Of a DNA stretch of 26,058 bases, positions 25,528 through 26,058 are shown piece after piece. The DNA is from a virus (lineage: Duplodnaviria > Caudoviricetes): IMG/VR virus record IMGVR_UViG_3300022178_000068, positions 1-26,058 of that record. One strand, written 5' to 3'. A program made the position numbers and the translations under genes. The notes under the pieces are model-generated. The model was given only the letters and a program-made list of their open reading frames with translations, made no database searches and was not told the DNA's origin. The stretch's first letter is position 1. The number at the start of each line of letters is the position of its first letter.

Positions 25528-25614
25528 GTGTTTGAATCTGTATTTATCCTGTCTGCTTGCCTAGTAGTCTTTCTTGGCCTTATCGCCATCGCTTTAGAAG
25601 AACCCTTTAAGTAA
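25528..25614 (+). CDS. Putative 28-aa single-pass membrane peptide; not in ORF track
   Basis: GGAG RBS, then GTG: MFESVFILSACLVVFLGLIAIALEEPFK*. Several TATAAT hexamers lie upstream. Confidence 0.5.
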   Translation: MFESVFILSACLVVFLGLIAIALEEPFK

Positions 25615-25992
25615 CTCGATACCTTCCGCCTGTCTGACGGTCGTAAACGTCTTTGGTGATATTTGTTTAGACTTTCTTTTACCTACCTGCTCTGCGGTCT
25701 CTACTATGAATCGCTCTTGGTCGAGCGCCAAGTATATAGTGAAGTCCGCTTTCTTGGCGGTAGTAAGGCAGAATCCGTACACCCATCTAGACAGTCCGCC
25801 CTTTACTCGGGAATCTTTTCTGCGAAAGGGAGTCGTCGCCGATTTCACCTGCACGGTAAACATCTTACCATTCTCTAGCTGACACCACAGGTCTGTGCCC
25901 TTTAGGTCAACATGGTGGCACTCGATGCCGTTCTTTTCTAGCACATAAGCGATATAAAACTCGCCTGCGCGTCCTGCTGTGTTGGAATCCAT
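25594..25992 (-). CDS. PD-(D/E)XK nuclease-family protein
   Basis: GRAGE...DL...VQVKS catalytic pattern, 132 aa. Confidence 0.75.
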   Translation of the reverse strand: MDSNTAGRAGEFYIAYVLEKNGIECHHVDLKGTDLWCQLENGKMFTVQVKSATTPFRRKDSRVKGGLSRWVYGFCLTTAKKADFTIYLALDQERFIVETAEQVGKRKSKQISPKTFTTVRQAEGIELLKGFF

Positions 25993-26058
25993 TCTGTACA
26001 GTACAAAAAATTTTTTGCATATGCAATTCTAAATAAGGGTGGGGGGTCTCTTATATAG

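Noticed and set aside
7521-25878. Remaining plus-strand track ORFs and nested alternative-frame minus ORFs (8821..9057, 11383..11610, 17759..18031)
   Set aside because: They lie within or opposite well-supported genes and have shadow-like composition.

Overview
The window is the packaging, head, tail and lysis half of a tailed dsDNA phage genome, most likely a podovirus of the kind common in aquatic metagenomes. Nearly all real genes are on the minus strand and tightly coupled. Reading from the right: PD-(D/E)XK nuclease, probable small terminase, large terminase, P22-like portal with a Q-rich tail, GroES-like co-chaperonin, scaffold, Mu gpT-like major capsid protein, an intrinsic terminator, then a new sigma70-like promoter and structured leader. 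These are followed by minor virion proteins, five small Lys/Arg-rich genes, adaptor/tail proteins, an embedded lysis cassette (two membrane proteins plus an M15 peptidase), a tail nozzle-like protein, two paralogous fibre-like proteins and a giant acidic ORF of at least 2194 codons that runs off the left edge and is absent from the ORF track. The most interesting signal is the basic mini-gene cassette at 14192-15601. Three of its genes start with a conserved 28-bp module encoding MRxxYKxGGx[VT], a fourth has a variant start, and the fifth carries internal GG copies and begins with a near-copy of the capsid N-terminus. This suggests a capsid-targeting or processing tag system for internal head proteins. 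Family names come from motif recognition and gene order, not database searches.
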